Source: Wolbachia endosymbiont of Drosophila innubila (lineage in GTDB: Bacteria; Pseudomonadota; Alphaproteobacteria; Rickettsiales; Anaplasmataceae). Taken from it: DNA of 32,000 nt. The position numbers and the translations under genes were made by a program. Below are positions 7,783 through 20,180 of this stretch, in pieces (the stretch's first letter is position 1; each line of letters begins with the position of its first letter). Below the pieces are notes generated by a model. The model worked only from the letters and a program-made list of their open reading frames with translations, did no database searches and was not told the DNA's origin. The stretch lies in contig NZ_CP076228.1 of the NCBI RefSeq assembly GCF_021378375.1, positions 90,001 to 122,000 of the forward strand, read 5' to 3'.

Positions 7783-10700
7783 TTAATCCAAACACATAAG
7801 TGTAGTGTTACCACCAAATGCTGTAGTGTTAACACTTACAACTTTTTCTGTAGAAAAACGCTGTAAATAATGAGGACCACCAGCTTTTGGCCCAGTGCCA
7901 GATAGTCCTCTACCACCAAATGGTTGTATCCCAACTGCTGCACCTATCTGGTTACGGTTGATGTAGACATTTCCAACTGATATTTTTTTACTTATAGTGT
8001 CAATTTGACTTTGTATACGACTCTGCAAAGAAAACGTAAGCCCATATCCAGTACTATTTATATCACTTATAACTTCATTTAATTGTGACTTGTTAAAACG
8101 TATGATATGTAAAATAGGACCAAATACTTCTTGCTTTAATTGCGAAATTTTTTGTATCTCATAAATATATGGAGGAAAGAAATAACCATTATGAGAATTT
8201 GTATCCATGGGTACTTTAAATAACAGATTTGAATCTTCGTCCTCTGACATTTTTTGCGTATGTTGAGTTAGCATATCGATAGATGCTTTGTCAATTATTG
8301 GACCAATATCAGTACTAAGTTGTATTGGGTCACCAATCTTGAGTTCTTGCGCTGCACCGCATATCATTTTTATCTGCTTCTCTGCTATGTCCTCTTGAAT
8401 AAACAGCACTCTAAGTGCAGAACAGCGTTGACCACTGCTACGAAACGCAGAAAGCAAAGCATCCATAGCCACTTGCTCTAAAAGAGCAGAGCTATCAACT
8501 ATCATAGCATTGAGCCCTCCTGTTTCAGCAATAAGTGGCACAATAGGACCATCCCTATTTGCAAGCATTTTATTGATTATTTGAGCAGTTTGTGTTGAGC
8601 CAGTAAAAGCTACTCCGGCAATTCTATTGTCTGGAACTAATATTTTGCCTAAATATCCACCATCCCCAGGAATGAGGTGTAACACATTCTTTGGTATCCC
8701 AGCTTCATGTAGTATCTTAACAGCTTCGTAGGCAATAATCGGCGTTTGCTCTGCCGGTTTTGCCAGCACTGCATTACCTGCTGCAAGTGCAGCTGAGACC
8801 TGCCCAATGAAGATAGCGAGCGGAAAATTCCACGGTGATATGCATAAGAAAACTCCTCTGCCTTCAAAAAAGATGAAGTTATCTTCACCTGTTGGGCCCG
8901 GCAATTTTTTCCAGTCGCTCAGTTCATTTTTTGCTATCATTGCATAATAACGCAGAAAGTCGATTGCCTCTCTTACTTCTGCTATTGCATCGGATAAAAT
9001 TTTTCCTGCTTCCACAATCAGAATGTAAATTAACTCTTTCATCCTTTCCTCAAGCAAATCTGCAGCTTTTTCAAGGCATTTAGCGCGCTCTTCTGCTGAA
9101 ACATTCTGCCACTTAGCAAAAGCACTGTGTGCTATTTCAAGAGCGTTTAAAGCTTGATCGCTTGTTGCACTTGACACTTCTCCAATTACATTTTCCAAAT
9201 GTGCAGGATTCACTACTTCGATAAATTCAGCATTATCAAATAGTGCTTTTCCATCAATTATTGGTCCAATTTGCCACTTTTTTTCACTAAAACCCTTTAT
9301 ATCATCTGCAAATTGTGAGACTATCACAGAATCACTAATATCCATCCCCAAGGAATTTTTTCTTTCTGGTCCCAAAATATCTTGTGGTAATGGAATGCCT
9401 GGATGAGGTTCATAATTAAAATTTATAGCTTTTTCCAGTGGATCTGAAATTAACTCATCGATTTTAACGTTAGGATCACTTATTTGATTAACAAACGAAC
9501 TATTAGCTCCATTTTCAAGAAGGCGTCTTATAAGATAAGGCAACAAGTCACTATGTTCCCCAACGGGTGCGTAGACACGACAGCTAACATTTGTTGCAAG
9601 CTCTGACATTGCATAATCATATAAGTCTTTTGCCATTCCATGTAAGCGTTGAAATTCAAATCCAGGGTGGTTTTTATCAGCAAGTTCCATGATAGAAGCA
9701 AAAGTATAGACGTTATGAGTTCCAAAGCATGGGTAAAAGCTGTTTGGTTTACTCAAAAGTTTCTGTGCGCACACGAAGTAAGATACGTCAGTATAGCTTT
9801 TTCTTGTAAATACTGAGTAATCATTTAATCCCAATTCTTGCGTACGCTTGATTTCTGAATCCCAATATGCACCTTTTACAAGCCTCACCATAATTTTGTG
9901 CTTTGATCGGATAGCAACATCTTCAACAAAGTCAAGAACAGATAAAGCGCGCTTTTGATATGCTTGCACAGCCAAGCCAAGCCCTTCCCACTCAGAAAGT
10001 GATTCATCAAGCCGTAATTGTTCAAACAAGATTAAGGACATTTCAAGCCTTTCTGTTTCTTCTGCATCTATGCATAATGAAATGTTGTATTTTTTTGCTT
10101 CATGACAAAGCTCTAGCAGTTTAGCTCTCAACTCTTCAGCTATATTATCGAATTGACCAAATTCATAACGTGGATGTAACGCAGACAATTTGATTGAAAC
10201 TCCATGCGATTTAAAACAATCATTTATTTCAGTGGATTCACCTATAGCTTTTATTGAGTGCATGTATGAATTAAAATACTCTTCTGCATCTTCAGCTGTG
10301 TGAGCAGTTTCGCCAAGCATATCAAAAGAGTATAAAAACTTACTATTGTCATCTAGTTTTGCATACCTTAAAGCTTCTTCTATGGTTTCTCCAACAACAA
10401 AATGATTACCAAGCATAGACATTGCTTGTTTTACTGCTTTGCGAATGATCGGTTCTCCTAAATTCTTAAGTAACTTAGAAATTGCGTAATAGAACTTCGA
10501 ATCGCCTTCATTATCTCTCAATATACTGCTACCTATCATCAAGCTCCATGTGGAAGCATTGACAAACAACGAAGAAGAGTGCCCTAAATATTTATTCCAT
10601 TCCTGATTGGCAATTTTATCTTTGATTATTTCGTCTATTGTATAATCATCTGGTATTCTAAGTAGTGATTCAGCAAGGCACATCAATGCTATTCCTTCAT

Positions 10701-10923
10701 CATTGGAAAGCGAGTATTGCTGCATAAAGGAATCTACAATACTTAATTTATTGTGTTTGATTTTTTCAATAACTTGTTTTGCAATATTATAAATTCTATT
10801 TTTTGAATCAGCCGAAAGCTCTGCTTTTTCTACAAGATAACGTATATAACTCTTTTCATCAGTACGATAAAATCCTTGTAAACGTTTTCTGAGTTCATTA
10901 GGTTCTTGTATAGAGCTTATCAT
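7783..10923 (-). CDS. putA: Bifunctional proline dehydrogenase / L-glutamate gamma-semialdehyde dehydrogenase PutA
   Basis: 1046 aa with an N-terminal PRODH barrel region (SIKLSALHPRYE, VRLVKGAYWD). The C-terminal half is an aldehyde dehydrogenase (FTGST, ETGGLNAMIVD, GQRCSALR). Confidence 0.95.
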   Translation of the reverse strand: MISSIQEPNELRKRLQGFYRTDEKSYIRYLVEKAELSADSKNRIYNIAKQVIEKIKHNKLSIVDSFMQQYSLSNDEGIALMCLAESLLRIPDDYTIDEIIKDKIANQEWNKYLGHSSSLFVNASTWSLMIGSSILRDNEGDSKFYYAISKLLKNLGEPIIRKAVKQAMSMLGNHFVVGETIEEALRYAKLDDNSKFLYSFDMLGETAHTAEDAEEYFNSYMHSIKAIGESTEINDCFKSHGVSIKLSALHPRYEFGQFDNIAEELRAKLLELCHEAKKYNISLCIDAEETERLEMSLILFEQLRLDESLSEWEGLGLAVQAYQKRALSVLDFVEDVAIRSKHKIMVRLVKGAYWDSEIKRTQELGLNDYSVFTRKSYTDVSYFVCAQKLLSKPNSFYPCFGTHNVYTFASIMELADKNHPGFEFQRLHGMAKDLYDYAMSELATNVSCRVYAPVGEHSDLLPYLIRRLLENGANSSFVNQISDPNVKIDELISDPLEKAINFNYEPHPGIPLPQDILGPERKNSLGMDISDSVIVSQFADDIKGFSEKKWQIGPIIDGKALFDNAEFIEVVNPAHLENVIGEVSSATSDQALNALEIAHSAFAKWQNVSAEERAKCLEKAADLLEERMKELIYILIVEAGKILSDAIAEVREAIDFLRYYAMIAKNELSDWKKLPGPTGEDNFIFFEGRGVFLCISPWNFPLAIFIGQVSAALAAGNAVLAKPAEQTPIIAYEAVKILHEAGIPKNVLHLIPGDGGYLGKILVPDNRIAGVAFTGSTQTAQIINKMLANRDGPIVPLIAETGGLNAMIVDSSALLEQVAMDALLSAFRSSGQRCSALRVLFIQEDIAEKQIKMICGAAQELKIGDPIQLSTDIGPIIDKASIDMLTQHTQKMSEDEDSNLLFKVPMDTNSHNGYFFPPYIYEIQKISQLKQEVFGPILHIIRFNKSQLNEVISDINSTGYGLTFSLQSRIQSQIDTISKKISVGNVYINRNQIGAAVGIQPFGGRGLSGTGPKAGGPHYLQRFSTEKVVSVNTTAFGGNTTLMCLD

Positions 10924-11057
10924 ATATAATTATCTCCAAAAAATACTCCGACACCATATGTATGGTGAAATTATATCATAACTTTGCGCAGAGCAAATTG
11001 CTATTTACAAAGGGATCAGGGCTGGCTAAAAGAAGTCCATGCAATAACTTCACTAAA

Positions 11058-13643
11058 TCAAAAAGATTGTGCAAGTATGTAGCTCAACACTCCACCACAC
11101 ATCAAGTATTTAGTCTCAGTTGCGGTTTGTACACAGCATTTGAGTTGAATTGATTGTTCAGAATTATCCTTTCCTTTGATGATACATTCTAGATTTCCAC
11201 CTGGCACTATTTCACCTTTTATGCTTATTACCTTACTACCATCAAATATCTTTCTGGTTATTCCATTTTGGAATATAAGTGGAAGAACACCCATACCAAC
11301 TAAGTTGGACCTATGTATACGCTCAAAGCTTTCTGCAATTACAACTTTAATCCCCAACAATAAAGTACCCTTTGCTGCCCAATCCCTACTTGAACCTGTG
11401 CCATACTCCTTTCCTGCCACAATGATGAGAGCTTCCTTGTAGCGCATCGCCGCATCAAAAATTGGCATAGTTTCTTGAGAAGGAATATATTTTGTATATC
11501 CACCTTCGGTGCTAACCATTTCATTTTTTATTCTAATGTTAGCAAAAGTCCCACGCATCATTACATTGTGATTACCACGGCGAGACCCGTATGAATTGAA
11601 ATCCCGTGGTTCAATTCCAAGCCCTTTTAAATATAGACCGGCAGGACTACTCGAGGCAATATTTCCCGCAGGGGAAATATGATCAGTAGTTATGCTATCG
11701 CCAAACATTGCTAATATTTGTGCATCCTTTATATCGATTTTATTATTTTTAGGTGATAAGTTATCAAAATAAGGCGGATTTTGTATGTAAGTACTGTTTG
11801 CATCCCAATTATAGATTTCACTTTTTTCACACTTTATCTTCCGCCAATGTTCATCACCAGAAAAAACATCCTTATACTTTTGTATAAACATCTCACGTGT
11901 TACCACACTTTTAACACAATCTTCGATTTCATTGTTTGTTGGCCATATATCTTTGAGATAGACATCATTTCCATTCTTATCTTTGCATATTGAATCTTTT
12001 GTCAGATCAATTTGCACAGTACCAGCAAGTGCATATGCAACAACAAGTGGCGGAGATGCCAAGTAATTAGCTTTGACTAACGGATGAATTCTTCCTTCAA
12101 AGTTACGATTGCCAGATAAAACTGCAGCAACGGTTAAGTTTTTGTTTTTAATGCCATCTTCTATATCTTTATTAAGTGGACCAGAATTCCCAATGCAAGT
12201 TGTGCAACCATATCCAACTAGATTAAAACCCAAAGCATTTAGATCTACCTGCAATCCAGACTTTTCTAAATATTCTGTTACAACTTGTGACCCTGGAGCA
12301 AGAGAAGTTTTAACCCAAGGCTTTGATTTTAATCCAAGTTTAATTGCATTACGAGCTACAAGACCTGCAGCAATCATCACACTTGGATTTGAAGTATTAG
12401 TGCAGCTTGTTATTGCTGCAATAACTACACTTCCATCTTGGAGTTTATCGCTTTCCTTTGACTCATTAACTGAAAATGATTTAGAAAAAGACTCTGCCAC
12501 TTGTGAAAGAAAAACCTTATCTTGTGGTCTTTTAGGACCAGCCATTACTGGCTTCACGCTCGATAAATCAAGTTCTAGTGCGTCAAAAAATGCTAACTCA
12601 TTATTGCCACGCCACAATCCTTGCTCTTTCGCATAAGCCTCAACTAACTTAATCAGCTTTTCTGGTCGCCCTGTTAAATGTAAATAATCGAGTGTTTTCT
12701 GATCAATTGGAAAAAACCCACAAGTTGCACCATACTCTGGGGCCATGTTTGCTATAGTGGCTCTATCTGCCAAAGATAAATAATCTAAACCATCACCATA
12801 AAATTCTACAAACTTACCAACAACGCCTTTTGTTCTTAGGATATTGGTAACCGTCAGCACTAAATCAGTCGCAGTTACTCCTTCCGGCAGTCTGCCAATT
12901 AATTTAAATCCAACTACTTCTGGAATCACCATACTAATTGGTTGACCAAGCATCACAGACTCAGCTTCTATGCCTCCAACACCCCAACCAAGAACTGATA
13001 ACCCGTTAACCATTGTAGTATGGCTGTCAGTACCAACTAAAGTATCAGGATATATGACTCCATCATTATTACACACAACTTGCGCTAAATATTCAAGGTT
13101 CACTTGGTGGCAAATCCCTGTGCCAGGCGGCACTACTCTAAAATTTGTGAAGGACGATTCTCCCCACTTTAAAAATTGATATCTCTCCAAATTTCTTTTT
13201 ACTTCTAACTCAACATTCTTACTGAATGCGGAAACACTTCCATAACTATCTACTTGAACAGAATGGTCAATCACAAGATCAACCGGTACAGACGGATTTA
13301 TATTGCTTGGGTTTCCTCCATTTTTCTTAACATAGTCCCGCATTGAAGCTAGATCAACAACAGCAGGAACCCCTGTAAAATCTTGCATCAACACCCTTGC
13401 TGGTTTATAGCTAATTTCGTGATTAGTGTGTTTATTAACGCAGTCTGCTAGTACTCTTATGTCATCTAGCTTTACGTTTACTCCATCTTCATTGCGCAAT
13501 AAACTTTCAAGCAGAACCTTAAGTGAGCAAGGCAATTTAGTCACATCTATTCCTAAAAATTCACTAGCACTACTTAGGCTAAAATAGTTGTATGACTTCC
13601 CGTCAATGTTTAAAGTCGTTTTTGCATTTAAAGAATTGTTCAT
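11058..13643 (-). CDS. acnA: Aconitate hydratase AcnA
   Basis: 861 aa with aconitase motifs: VLMQDFTGVPAVVDLA, GTDSHTTMVNG, ITSCTNTSNP, GCTTCIGNSG, and YGTGSSRDWAAKG in the swivel domain. Confidence 0.95.
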   Translation of the reverse strand: MNNSLNAKTTLNIDGKSYNYFSLSSASEFLGIDVTKLPCSLKVLLESLLRNEDGVNVKLDDIRVLADCVNKHTNHEISYKPARVLMQDFTGVPAVVDLASMRDYVKKNGGNPSNINPSVPVDLVIDHSVQVDSYGSVSAFSKNVELEVKRNLERYQFLKWGESSFTNFRVVPPGTGICHQVNLEYLAQVVCNNDGVIYPDTLVGTDSHTTMVNGLSVLGWGVGGIEAESVMLGQPISMVIPEVVGFKLIGRLPEGVTATDLVLTVTNILRTKGVVGKFVEFYGDGLDYLSLADRATIANMAPEYGATCGFFPIDQKTLDYLHLTGRPEKLIKLVEAYAKEQGLWRGNNELAFFDALELDLSSVKPVMAGPKRPQDKVFLSQVAESFSKSFSVNESKESDKLQDGSVVIAAITSCTNTSNPSVMIAAGLVARNAIKLGLKSKPWVKTSLAPGSQVVTEYLEKSGLQVDLNALGFNLVGYGCTTCIGNSGPLNKDIEDGIKNKNLTVAAVLSGNRNFEGRIHPLVKANYLASPPLVVAYALAGTVQIDLTKDSICKDKNGNDVYLKDIWPTNNEIEDCVKSVVTREMFIQKYKDVFSGDEHWRKIKCEKSEIYNWDANSTYIQNPPYFDNLSPKNNKIDIKDAQILAMFGDSITTDHISPAGNIASSSPAGLYLKGLGIEPRDFNSYGSRRGNHNVMMRGTFANIRIKNEMVSTEGGYTKYIPSQETMPIFDAAMRYKEALIIVAGKEYGTGSSRDWAAKGTLLLGIKVVIAESFERIHRSNLVGMGVLPLIFQNGITRKIFDGSKVISIKGEIVPGGNLECIIKGKDNSEQSIQLKCCVQTATETKYLMCGGVLSYILAQSF

Positions 13644-13657
13644 CCTATCACACTATA

Positions 13658-14161
13658 TTAGTTAAAATTGGAATTACTACCGTTACTTTTTTGTTGTTGA
13701 CCTTGCTGCTCATACATAGTTTCAAAATCTATAGGATCTAGCATCAGTGGGGGAAATCCACCACTACTTGTAACTCTTGCAATTATTTCTCTTGCAAAAG
13801 GGAAAAGAAAAGTAGGTCCGCCAATAAACAAAGCTTGTCTTACCTCTTCCTCACTCAACTCTTTTAAATTTTCTATTGAAAAAATGCCACAATATTTCGT
13901 CTCACAAATGAAAGCTACACCATCTTTTATGCCTTCATCTTTTACCGTTGCTTTGACTTCTATATGCAAAGTAATTTCATGAAAAGATTTTTCTTCATTC
14001 ACTTCTTCTTTGTTTTTCGTCCCTTCTAATTTTGCTGAATTGATATTAACCATTACATTAATATCTGGAGCTTTACTAGAAGAAAGGAATGGCGAATTCG
14101 GATTCTCAAATGATAGATCTTTAACATATTGACCGTGAATTCTCATTTTTTGTTGTGGCAT
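13658..14161 (-). CDS. secB: Protein-export chaperone SecB
   Basis: 167 aa. The N-terminal I.GQYVKDLSFENPN, the later LFPFAREIIA and an acidic/Q-rich tail are typical of SecB. Confidence 0.9.
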   Translation of the reverse strand: MPQQKMRIHGQYVKDLSFENPNSPFLSSSKAPDINVMVNINSAKLEGTKNKEEVNEEKSFHEITLHIEVKATVKDEGIKDGVAFICETKYCGIFSIENLKELSEEEVRQALFIGGPTFLFPFAREIIARVTSSGGFPPLMLDPIDFETMYEQQGQQQKSNGSNSNFN

Positions 14162-14325
14162 TTCTTACGTCTCCTTTAATTAAGTTGAGATATTTAATAC
14201 TTTCTTATATAATATATTCATTTACAAACGAATAGCAAACCTGATTATAAGTTGATATGAAAAACATATTTTCATTAATAATTAATAATGTTCGGATACT
14301 TTATATGCCAAGGAGTTGAGTTACT

Positions 14326-14976
14326 ATGATAGAGCTTGTAATATATGCTTTATTAGCGGCGTTCATTTTTTCACGTTTGTATAATTCTTTAGGAAGGTCA
14401 GCCAACCTCAACCTAAAAAAGCTAACTAATGTATTGGATGTAAGCCGAAGTAGAGAAGATGTAGTAGAAAACATTGAGGGTTACATTGATAGCAATGATG
14501 AAAATTCAATAAAAGTTACTTATAAACAAATATTAAAAAAAAACAAAGATTTTTCTATTTCCCACTTTATAGAAGGTTCAAGCATAGCTTTTGAATTAAT
14601 AATAAAATGTTTCAATCAAGGAAATTTGTCTCAGTTAAAACCACTTCTCGATAAAGACTTATATGATAATTTTGCAGAGAAGATTAAACATCGTAAAGAG
14701 GTGCACGAGTCTATAATTGTTTCTATCGTTTCACAAAAGATTTTAGAAATAAAGCTAGTAAAAAACGCAGTGTTTATTGCAGTATATTTCCTTTCAGAGC
14801 AAATTAACTTCGTTAAGAACAATGAAGGAGATATAATATCAGGTAGTACATCCACTATTAATAAAGTTGAGGATGTATGGCAATTCAAAAAAAATGTTAA
14901 TTCATCAGACCCAAGCTGGTTGCTTGTTTCTATTCACTATAAAAAGACAAGTAACGATAAGACAAATGATAAGTAA
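14326..14976 (+). CDS. Tim44-like domain membrane protein
   Basis: 216 aa with an N-terminal TM helix (ELVIYALLAAFIFSRLYNSLG) followed by a Tim44-like C-terminal domain pattern. It is divergent from secB, a neighbourhood conserved in alphaproteobacteria. Confidence 0.7.
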   Translation: MIELVIYALLAAFIFSRLYNSLGRSANLNLKKLTNVLDVSRSREDVVENIEGYIDSNDENSIKVTYKQILKKNKDFSISHFIEGSSIAFELIIKCFNQGNLSQLKPLLDKDLYDNFAEKIKHRKEVHESIIVSIVSQKILEIKLVKNAVFIAVYFLSEQINFVKNNEGDIISGSTSTINKVEDVWQFKKNVNSSDPSWLLVSIHYKKTSNDKTNDK

Positions 14977-14993
14977 GATGAGTTTTATTTGAA

Positions 14994-15689
14994 ATGGAAA
15001 GCAAGCTACGCGAAATAGTACTTGACACTGAAACGACAGGTCTTGACACTGAATCTGGTCATCGAATTATTGAAATAGGGTGTGTGGAATTAATTAACCG
15101 CATTCCAACAGGTAAAGTATTCCATCGGTACCTTAACCCAGAAAGAGATATACCTTATCACTCGTTTAAGATTCACGGTATTAGTGAAGAATTTTTAGAA
15201 GATAAACCATTATTTTCAGATGTTGCACTTGAATTTCTTGACTTTATATCTAATGATATTTTGGTAATTCACAACGCTGAATTCGATGTTAAGTTCCTTA
15301 ACATGGAGTTAAGCAAGCTGAATGCTAGGTTAATTTCCTCAGACAGAGTGCTAGATACATTACCTCTTGCGAGGAAAAAATTCGCAGGATCACCTGCTTC
15401 TTTGAATGCATTATGTAAGCGTTTTGATATATCGCTAGAGAATAGAGAATTGCACGGAGCACTAGTTGATGCTCAATTGCTTGCAAAGGTATATGTTGAA
15501 CTTACAGGAGGGTTACAAACCTTTCTGTTTGATAATGAATGCAATCAGGACAGTAACTCCACATTCGTTCAGCATAAAGTACGTAATCTAACTCCCAGAG
15601 AACATTTACCAAATAGTGAAGAAATTGATGAACATAAGAAACTGTTAGACAAAATTAACAATACACTTTGGAATAAATATATTGAATAG
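14994..15689 (+). CDS. dnaQ: DNA polymerase III subunit epsilon (3'-5' proofreading exonuclease)
   Basis: 231 aa with Exo I (VLDTETTG), Exo II (LVIHNAEFDVKFL) and Exo III (HGALVDAQLLAKVY) motifs. Confidence 0.92.
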   Translation: MESKLREIVLDTETTGLDTESGHRIIEIGCVELINRIPTGKVFHRYLNPERDIPYHSFKIHGISEEFLEDKPLFSDVALEFLDFISNDILVIHNAEFDVKFLNMELSKLNARLISSDRVLDTLPLARKKFAGSPASLNALCKRFDISLENRELHGALVDAQLLAKVYVELTGGLQTFLFDNECNQDSNSTFVQHKVRNLTPREHLPNSEEIDEHKKLLDKINNTLWNKYIE

Positions 15690-15733
15690 GTTAACCAATA
15701 AAGATACAATTCAATTTTACTGAGAGCATTCTA

Positions 15734-16342
15734 ATGGTAAGGTTTATAAGATTATTATCTAATGTGCTAGCAGCATTAGCAGTTGTTTTTTTAGGTTATT
15801 GTTATTTCACTAAAAAAGGCATATTTGCCCCAGCAGCGATTCACAACGCAGAAGTTAAGATAGGCGGAGGTTTTTCTTTAATTAATCAGGACGGACAGAT
15901 CTTGCGCAGTAGTGATTTTAAAGATAAATACATGATGATTTTCTTTGGGTTTTCCTCATGCAAAAGAATTTGCCCTATGAACCTTGGAATAATTTCAGAA
16001 ACACTTGCAAAGTTAGATGAGAAAACTAACAACAAGCTACAAACATTCTTCATCACAGTCGATCCTGAGCGCGATAGCACGGAAAGACTTAAAGAATTTC
16101 AGCAGCAATTTGACCACAGAATACAAATGTTAACTGGTGAAAGAGAAAAAATAGACGAAGTAATTGCAAAGTATAAAGTATATGCTAGCAAAGTTGGTGG
16201 AGAAGAAGAAATCAACCATTCTTCAATAATGTACCTTATTGGCCCTGGAGGAAAATATGTTACACACTTTGCAGCTGATTTAAATTCAGACGAAAGTCAA
16301 TCTGATAAGATTTTGGCTGAGATAAGAAAATACGTAAACTGA
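15734..16342 (+). CDS. SCO1/SenC family copper chaperone (thioredoxin fold)
   Basis: 202 aa with an N-terminal TM helix, a CxxxC motif (FGFSSCKRICP), FITVDPERD, and a conserved His near the C-terminus (INHSS). Confidence 0.85.
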   Translation: MVRFIRLLSNVLAALAVVFLGYCYFTKKGIFAPAAIHNAEVKIGGGFSLINQDGQILRSSDFKDKYMMIFFGFSSCKRICPMNLGIISETLAKLDEKTNNKLQTFFITVDPERDSTERLKEFQQQFDHRIQMLTGEREKIDEVIAKYKVYASKVGGEEEINHSSIMYLIGPGGKYVTHFAADLNSDESQSDKILAEIRKYVN

Positions 16343-16409
16343 ATTATAGATTTTTCTGTTAATTAGTCGAGCATGCAACTGCATGAGCATTATGATTTGA
16401 GAGCAATCT

Positions 16410-17050
16410 CCATGGGAAGACACACACAACTGTACGAACGTTGTAGTTTGGGAGCAATTCCCACCAGTGGGGTGTCATCCCAGTGCCCAGACACTGGGAT
16501 CCAGCTTCTATGCAACTTAATTAAAAACGTTTGTTTTAGCGTAAGACAACTACCTTTAGCTCATCAGCTCAGTTATAAGCAAAATTTCTGGATTCCAGTG
16601 GGCTTTGTTGCATCGCTACTTATGAAAGGCTAACTATAGTTAGGATTATAAGTAACTTATTGAAAATCTTGTTTTTTTGCAATCAATCTGATCAAATTTA
16701 AGAATAGTAATTTATTATTTACATTAATAAATTTAATTCTATTGAAAATAGCTAAAGCATTGAAATTCTTGAATTTTAGCCGGATTAGTGAGTGGTAGTG
16801 AAATTTCTTTTACTCAAATTTAGGTATTCACTGACCGTTCTTGTTATAAATACCAGAATAATAAGCTACTGATATTCTCCATCTTTTTTATCTTTAATCC
16901 ATCATAGCTAGCGATGCAACAAAGCCATTCCAGTGTCAAGCACTGGAATGACATCATCTGTTGTGCAATTTACCTTCAAAAATGAATGTTCGTACAGTTA
17001 TGGAAGACACATTGGAATGACACTATTTGCTGTCTTCAAAAATAAACATT
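16410..17050. repeat. Nested inverted-repeat and hairpin-repeat cluster upstream of gyrB
   Basis: H1 hairpin at 16472-16502 and H4 hairpin ccattccagtgtcaagcactggaatgac at about 16926-16953. Outer inverted repeat: aactgtacgaacgtt (16428-16442) against aatgttcgtacagtt (16985-16999). Inner perfect 16-bp inverted repeat: gctttgttgcatcgct (16602-16617) against agcgatgcaacaaagc (16910-16925). Confidence 0.8.
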
Positions 17051-17099
17051 CGTAAAGTTGTGCTTTTAATATGGGTTATCAGTTTAAAAATGTTGCTAA

Positions 17100-19538
<2,439 letters not shown>

Positions 19539-19544
19539 ACTTTT

Positions 19545-19895
19545 AGCAAAATGTACGAACGTTACGGGTTTAAGCAAAGACTGTGTCATTCAAGTAGCTG
19601 ACACTGGTTCCTTTATAACGGTGTCATTCCAGTGCTTGACACTGGAATCCAGGTTGCTCACAAGCAAACTAGCATAGAAAGTGGTTACAACGTTTTCGAT
19701 GAGATTGCAGAAAGGCTGGATTCCAGTGTCAAGCACTGGAATGAAAGCAGTCCTACGTCATGCCGCGATTCATTCGCGGTATCTCTAGATCCCGCTAACA
19801 AGCAGCGGGATGACGGTTGTCAGGGTGTCATCCCACTACCTTCTCCTGTCATCCCAGTGCCTCCCTCCCCTGTCATCCAAGTAGCTTGACACTTG
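19545..19895. repeat. Hairpin-repeat cluster downstream of gyrB
   Basis: A 26-bp perfect inverted pair of H4 hairpins (19625-19650 and 19718-19743). H2-like catgccgcgattcattcgcggtatctc and H3-like agatcccgctaacaagcagcgggatgacgg follow at about 19760-19815. Three roughly 23-bp tandem 'c(c)tgtcatccca' units sit at about 19816-19880. Confidence 0.85.
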
Positions 19896-20069
19896 TATCT
19901 TTATGATGTGAGGCATTAGAGCTAAAATACCTCACAGGGAGGGTGAAGCTGATGCAACGCTAATGCCATTAAGGCCGAATCCCAGATTTTGCTTCCCTCC
20001 CATAGAGTTATAGCTCTTCTCATAATAATCCCAATAAGGTAAGAATGGATTTATGGTAGAGGGGTTTGT

Positions 20070-20180
20070 ATGCCAGCAGCGTATAGTTACGACTTAAGGA
20101 AAAAAGCAATGGAAGCAATGGAAGCAATGGAAGCAATGGAAGCATTGGATGAAGGAGAAAGTAGAGCAACTGTTGCCAAG
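20070..20180 (+). pseudogene. N-terminal fragment of an IS630-family-like transposase, truncated by the IS3 insertion
   Basis: Manual translation gives MPAAYSYDLRKKAMEAMEAMEAMEALDEGESRATVAK, then the TGA supplied by the IS3 terminal repeat. 'MP.AYS.DLR.K.....' is a typical IS630-family N-terminus. The rest of the gene is absent. Confidence 0.45.
20106..20150. repeat. 9-bp microsatellite: (gcaatggaa) x4 plus one degenerate unit
   Basis: Perfect units at 20106, 20115, 20124 and 20133, then gcattggat. They encode (AME)n within the IS630-like fragment. Confidence 0.95.

Noticed and set aside
12109-12636. 175-aa ORF on the plus strand
   Set aside because: It lies entirely antisense to the well-supported acnA gene. 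Its composition is low-complexity Pro/Ser/Thr-rich, typical of antisense frames, and it has no motif or start context.
16373-16633. 86-aa ORF downstream of the SCO gene
   Set aside because: It reads straight through the hairpin repeat modules (for example GVSSQCPDTGIQ, from gtcatcccagtgcccagacactgggatcc). The same applies to 19477-19677 and 19632-19889, so these are repeat-derived artefacts.
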